A stretch of DNA of 59,122 nt, counting the filler. It is 3 parts of 3 records of this genome, joined end to end, with 100 filler letters (N's around TTAATTAATTAA, not from the genome) between each part and the next. Parts side by side here need not be neighbours in the genome. Positions count along the whole stretch, not along the records: positions 43,120 to 59,122 come from DRR723986_9363; 2 more parts are not named here. One strand, given 5' to 3'. Numbering within the stretch: position 1 is the stretch's first letter; each line of letters begins with the position of its first letter. The translations under genes and the position numbers were made by a program. A model generated the notes under the pieces. That model worked only from the letters and a program-made list of their open reading frames with translations, was not told where the DNA came from and did no database searches. Below are positions 56,201-59,122 of the stretch, in pieces.

Positions 56201-57025
56201 CTTGATCCCGATTCCGTCACGCCTTCGGTCGATCTGCTGCAGCAAGTACTGCAGTTGGCCGGAGCGGTTCCGGAGGCCAAGACGGAACAACTGCGGCGAA
56301 TCGCTCGGCGAATCACCGAGCAACTTGCTGAAGAGCTATCCGTTCGACTGAAGCCCGCAACGCACGGACTGGCAACTCCTCGTCCGACGCGAAGACGTAG
56401 CAGACGCCTCAACTTGCGACGCACGGTGACTGAAAATTTGAGTCGCTGCCGCCGCGATCCCCAGGGAAGGCCTAGATTAATCGCAGAAGACTTGATCTTT
56501 GATTCTCAAGCCCACCGCAGTATGGATTGGCACCTGACTTTCGTCGTCGATGTCTCTACGTCGATGTCGGCGTCGGTGATTTACAGCGCGCTGACTGCCG
56601 CGATTTTCGATTCACTTCCAGCAGTGTCTGTGCGGTTTCTTGCATTTAGCACTGAGGTCATCGACTTGAGCGGCCAAGTCGGAGATCCACTCTCACTGCT
56701 GCTGGGCGTGCAGATTGGCGGTGGAACAGACATCGGACTTGGACTGCGAGCGGCAAGAGCTGGCATCAGTGTCCCGACGCGTTCACTTGTTGTGGTGGTC
56801 TCTGATTTTGAAGAGGGCGTGTCGGTTGGCCGCATGTTGGCTGAAGTCAGGGAGTTGGTCGATTGTGGTGTCAAGTGTCTCGGCCTGGCCGCACTCGACG
56901 ACGGCGGTAACGCTCGCTTCCACGGCGGTCTTGCACAAATGGTCGCCAGCGCCGGAATGCCAGTGGCCGCTGTTAGCCCCGACCGACTTGCCAAGTGGGT
57001 GGGAGACCAGATTCGCAATGCCTAA
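53270..57025 (+). CDS. Fusion of YehM-like (DUF5682) and YehP-like VWA domain protein
   Basis: IGVRHHS, LLVELP, FSPELVA, SGYPAG in the N-part; RWRLILG from about 55931; MIDAS DVSTS, GGGTDIG, VVSDFEEG. Confidence 0.85.
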   Translation: MVRPRPNNQDELRAQAASGAKQAIESTSPLLIGVRHHSAVLARSIDKLLDDFQPKSLLVELPSDLQDWIEFIGDPSTTAPIALSIVTLRGDSYFYPLADFSPELVAIRWAQRNAVPVVACDLAISAIDPTEDDSETEESQRPSADSAPEQPKSLRLDDILRTAGDEESGALWQRMVESPGLHESAEKLRRAALLFGWVVRETAGPVSRRDLIREATMRQAIRAADKRSCAIVGSFHSPALTPELVASQRDLDTELLSRITTDEAGVSLIPYSFEQFDQRSGYPAGILDPHWHQRAVQSESREQFDASIVDLATEICRNMRRDGHVAGTPDATEIIRMTRDLARLRGLKAPGRGEFVEAVQSCLVQGDLHGRGRAVSAASFPVLVGQRQGTITDRAPRCGLVVSLERDLQHLGLPGEDSLTSSHRPASKNRGFARRNAGNFVLDHEKELRLDVLRNPRDRAKSVVLERLCTAGIPYARRLDEGGTKNRENLIERWAVAWQQSTSATVNSLARYGTTLEQVVAAIMRRSEDAKSDHAATDAIELPRVILRRLAVASKCGLAETLQANVARIDSEFRTSASLTELVDAASQLRRIATGHSPGAPLSAEDAYPPILRHLKLPGLQLTVDKLFRDCFERLADISGSNKTEDVYALRDLLALVGGKGQEDSGQPAGVPQLASWCRRTVRDGSNLMAGACTAALRLLEIAPEEQFLASTSGWVTAAAGTVERKMLRHRLAGATHILLSHMQNDPQLLGGVSNAIADLDDDRFLQRLPSLRGAFTQLAPSDRQRLLETQLSVLEIEDSQLSDALPAEQIALLRTADLAGLHAVHQVQEFANLLSDNLDSGLSHDGTSQVSERVADTHAGKPQDTATQAPIRTRTTDAHTRFSLADRWRLILGTEPESQDDRVVASARSLDDLFTRGKGEGARGDLGGGSSRGGRERPRPTTLQWADELEELFGSDVCQEVLGESAASGNAAAVSLLDPDSVTPSVDLLQQVLQLAGAVPEAKTEQLRRIARRITEQLAEELSVRLKPATHGLATPRPTRRRSRRLNLRRTVTENLSRCRRDPQGRPRLIAEDLIFDSQAHRSMDWHLTFVVDVSTSMSASVIYSALTAAIFDSLPAVSVRFLAFSTEVIDLSGQVGDPLSLLLGVQIGGGTDIGLGLRAARAGISVPTRSLVVVVSDFEEGVSVGRMLAEVRELVDCGVKCLGLAALDDGGNARFHGGLAQMVASAGMPVAAVSPDRLAKWVGDQIRNA

Positions 57026-58907
57026 CTCAAGATTCTCACCCTCCGACCTTCCCTCCATTGCGGCGGATGTTTTGGCAAGTTTTGCAGAACAAGCCCCCTC
57101 GCGCGTGAAGAAACGCCTCGACAAGAACCCTCAAGCGGCAGAAGAATGGTCAATTCAAACTGGCGATGGACAATTCACAATCGCGGCTGGAGAAGAGTCG
57201 GTTACCCTTCGACCGAACGCGCAAGGCTGTCTCGATGCTCCGGACACGCTTGAGTGCACTTGCCTGTTATCGCCGAAGTGCTTTCATATCCTAGCCATAG
57301 TTTCGCTGTTGAAGGCTTCCGTTGGCGATACGCCGAAGGAGGCCGCTGAGGATCCAGGCGACCAAGAATCCACTGCGCAGAATGATCAAAATCACAGCCA
57401 CTCATCTGAAGCCGAAGTTGCTTTGTCTGGCCAGCAACGGCGCATAGCAGAACGCGTTCTGGTGAATCTTGAAAGCGTCTTGGCAGGCGGCGTTCGCTCC
57501 GCTGGCATTGTCCAGCAATCGGACATCATCAGAACAGCCCATGATTGCCGCTGCGAAAAACTGATCAATTTGTCGAATAGTCTGATGCGCGTTGCCGAGG
57601 GGATCCACCGTATTCGCTCACGCGACGATCATGCCAACAGCAACGAACTGCTGGGCGATTTTTGCCGTGCTCTTCATCAGGCGAAGACCACGATGCGCCG
57701 GGAGACGGCAGCGCCGGATTTTTTAGGCTTTACTCGCCGTCCATTTCATCCGGTAAAGCTCTCTCGTCTCGATGCACTATGCTGTCAACCAATCCTCACG
57801 CTCAGCGGCTATGCCGGCATCTGTATCTATTTTGTCGGCAACGATGGTCAAGTGTATACCGTTGTTCAATCACGTCCTGGCGACAGTTCGCATGCACACG
57901 AAGCGTATCAAGGTGGCGTCGATCTAGGCGGACTTACGATTGCAGCAAGAGAGTTATGTCGAGCGAGCTTGGATGTGCAGAACCTGACTGCATCGCCCGA
58001 CGGCCGACTTGGCAAGGGGCAAAGGACGCGATGGGCGGTACGCAAGACTTCCGCAACTCCGGCTGAGCATGGTTGGCTCAGTGCGCCTTTTCCGCAACAG
58101 CTCAAACGCGTCGTCGATGCTGCAAACTTAGGGATGTCGTCGGAAATTGGTAGCTCTCCGCTCGCGACGGCTGACTCGCTATCCATGCGCCCCGGCTGGG
58201 ATCTCGTTTGTGTCCGCGGCAGACTAGTTGGCAGCCACGGTACGTCGCTCCTTCTTGAGCTTGACCAGCAATCGGATGATCCGCCCGCCACGTTGAAACT
58301 CGTGCTCCCCAGCGACAGTGAACACCTGCGTGCATTCGCCAATTTTCAGCTTCTGGCCACCAAGCTTGGTTTGAGGTTGTCTGTCGTTGGGCGTATGCAA
58401 CTAGACGCGGCCGGTTCGATAAACGCCCTTTGCATTTGGCCGGACACTGACGACCACTTCGCGGTTTCCGTACCTGAAAAACTGGAGGATTGCTACCAAT
58501 TGGCGTTTGACACAATCGAACCGCACGAAATCCGACAGCTCGACACAGCGCACACCGCTGCTCCCGAGCAGGTGTTCACCGCCTCCCGTCAGCTATCTAC
58601 AGCCGCTCAAACGTCGACACTCGGCACAGGTCTGCCTGCCGATGGCTTAAGAAATCGCATGCTTGGTCTCCTGCTGGGTGGTCGGCGAGCGTTTAATTCT
58701 GTGGCTGACCGGACTCTAGCCAAGGAACGGCAAGCCTTAACGCAATTCAACCTACCAACTGCGGCCTCGCTCCACCGTTGTTTGCAATCGGCCTCTGAGT
58801 CGGGCAATGATCTGCTGACGGTCTTCGCAGCCTGCGACTTATTTCTTTCTGCAGCCACAACCAGCCGGAATTCCACGCTTTGGTCAAACCTATTCGCATC
58901 TGAGTAG
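57018..58907 (+). CDS. SWIM zinc-finger protein (YehQ-like)
   Basis: CTCLLSPKCFH (CxC-x5-CxH); ATG 57018 overlaps the upstream stop. Confidence 0.8.
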   Translation: MPNSRFSPSDLPSIAADVLASFAEQAPSRVKKRLDKNPQAAEEWSIQTGDGQFTIAAGEESVTLRPNAQGCLDAPDTLECTCLLSPKCFHILAIVSLLKASVGDTPKEAAEDPGDQESTAQNDQNHSHSSEAEVALSGQQRRIAERVLVNLESVLAGGVRSAGIVQQSDIIRTAHDCRCEKLINLSNSLMRVAEGIHRIRSRDDHANSNELLGDFCRALHQAKTTMRRETAAPDFLGFTRRPFHPVKLSRLDALCCQPILTLSGYAGICIYFVGNDGQVYTVVQSRPGDSSHAHEAYQGGVDLGGLTIAARELCRASLDVQNLTASPDGRLGKGQRTRWAVRKTSATPAEHGWLSAPFPQQLKRVVDAANLGMSSEIGSSPLATADSLSMRPGWDLVCVRGRLVGSHGTSLLLELDQQSDDPPATLKLVLPSDSEHLRAFANFQLLATKLGLRLSVVGRMQLDAAGSINALCIWPDTDDHFAVSVPEKLEDCYQLAFDTIEPHEIRQLDTAHTAAPEQVFTASRQLSTAAQTSTLGTGLPADGLRNRMLGLLLGGRRAFNSVADRTLAKERQALTQFNLPTAASLHRCLQSASESGNDLLTVFAACDLFLSAATTSRNSTLWSNLFASE

Positions 58908-59122
58908 CCCCGTCTCGCCGCCGCAATTGGCGCGTCATTTTTCCAAACATCGCTTCGTGTCGAGCGGAAACGGCTGTGCAACCGGACGATTCTCAGCAAT
59001 CCACCGCAGTTCTCCGTAAGCCGGAACAAACAGCCCAGCAACGCGCAACTACAAACTAGTGCGTCTGACTCCGCCCCCATGTGGAACTCGCCTCGCGTGA
59101 TCCGGACTGCATAGGTTCTGTG

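Noticed and set aside
56715-57017. N-terminal 101 aa of the listed 730-aa ORF
   Set aside because: Overlaps the VWA coding region; the coupled ATG at 57018 is the more plausible start. Similar over-extended starts were trimmed for the sigma factor, T9SS protein, sulfatase, DUF6880, SGNH and parA.
59077-59087. parS half-site CCATGTGGAAC
   Set aside because: Only one arm matches; not palindromic

Overview
The window is three unrelated contigs joined by two artificial 100-nt linkers (N44-TTAATTAATTAA-N44 at 21274-21373 and 43020-43119), so gene neighbourhoods must not be read across them. Contig A (1-21273) looks Bacteroidota/FCB-like. It carries a DtxR/MntR regulator, a GldA/GldF-GldG/DUF4340 ABC operon, a radC interrupted by one in-frame TGA, twin membrane-TPR paralogs, an ECF sigma with an anti-sigma ending in an outer-membrane beta-barrel plus twin lipoproteins, a T9SS cargo protein, a candidate structured leader RNA and a GT-C glycosyltransferase. 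Contig B (21374-43019) looks Rhodobacteraceae-like. Its left part is a decaying accessory region (sulfatase, ardA pseudogene, DUF6880, WYL/GFA pair, IS30 and IS110 remnants) punctuated by a ~57-bp repeat at gene boundaries. Its right part is a LysR-associated cluster of hydrolases with polyamine-type and sugar-type ABC transporters. Contig C (43120-59122) looks Planctomycetota-like: parAB next to a 13-kb five-gene Yeh-type operon of unknown function (DUF4132, a 1693-aa protein, YehL MoxR AAA+, a YehM-YehP/VWA fusion, a SWIM finger). That operon is the best candidate for an uncharacterised system. All family and taxonomy calls come from motif recognition by eye; no database searches were run.
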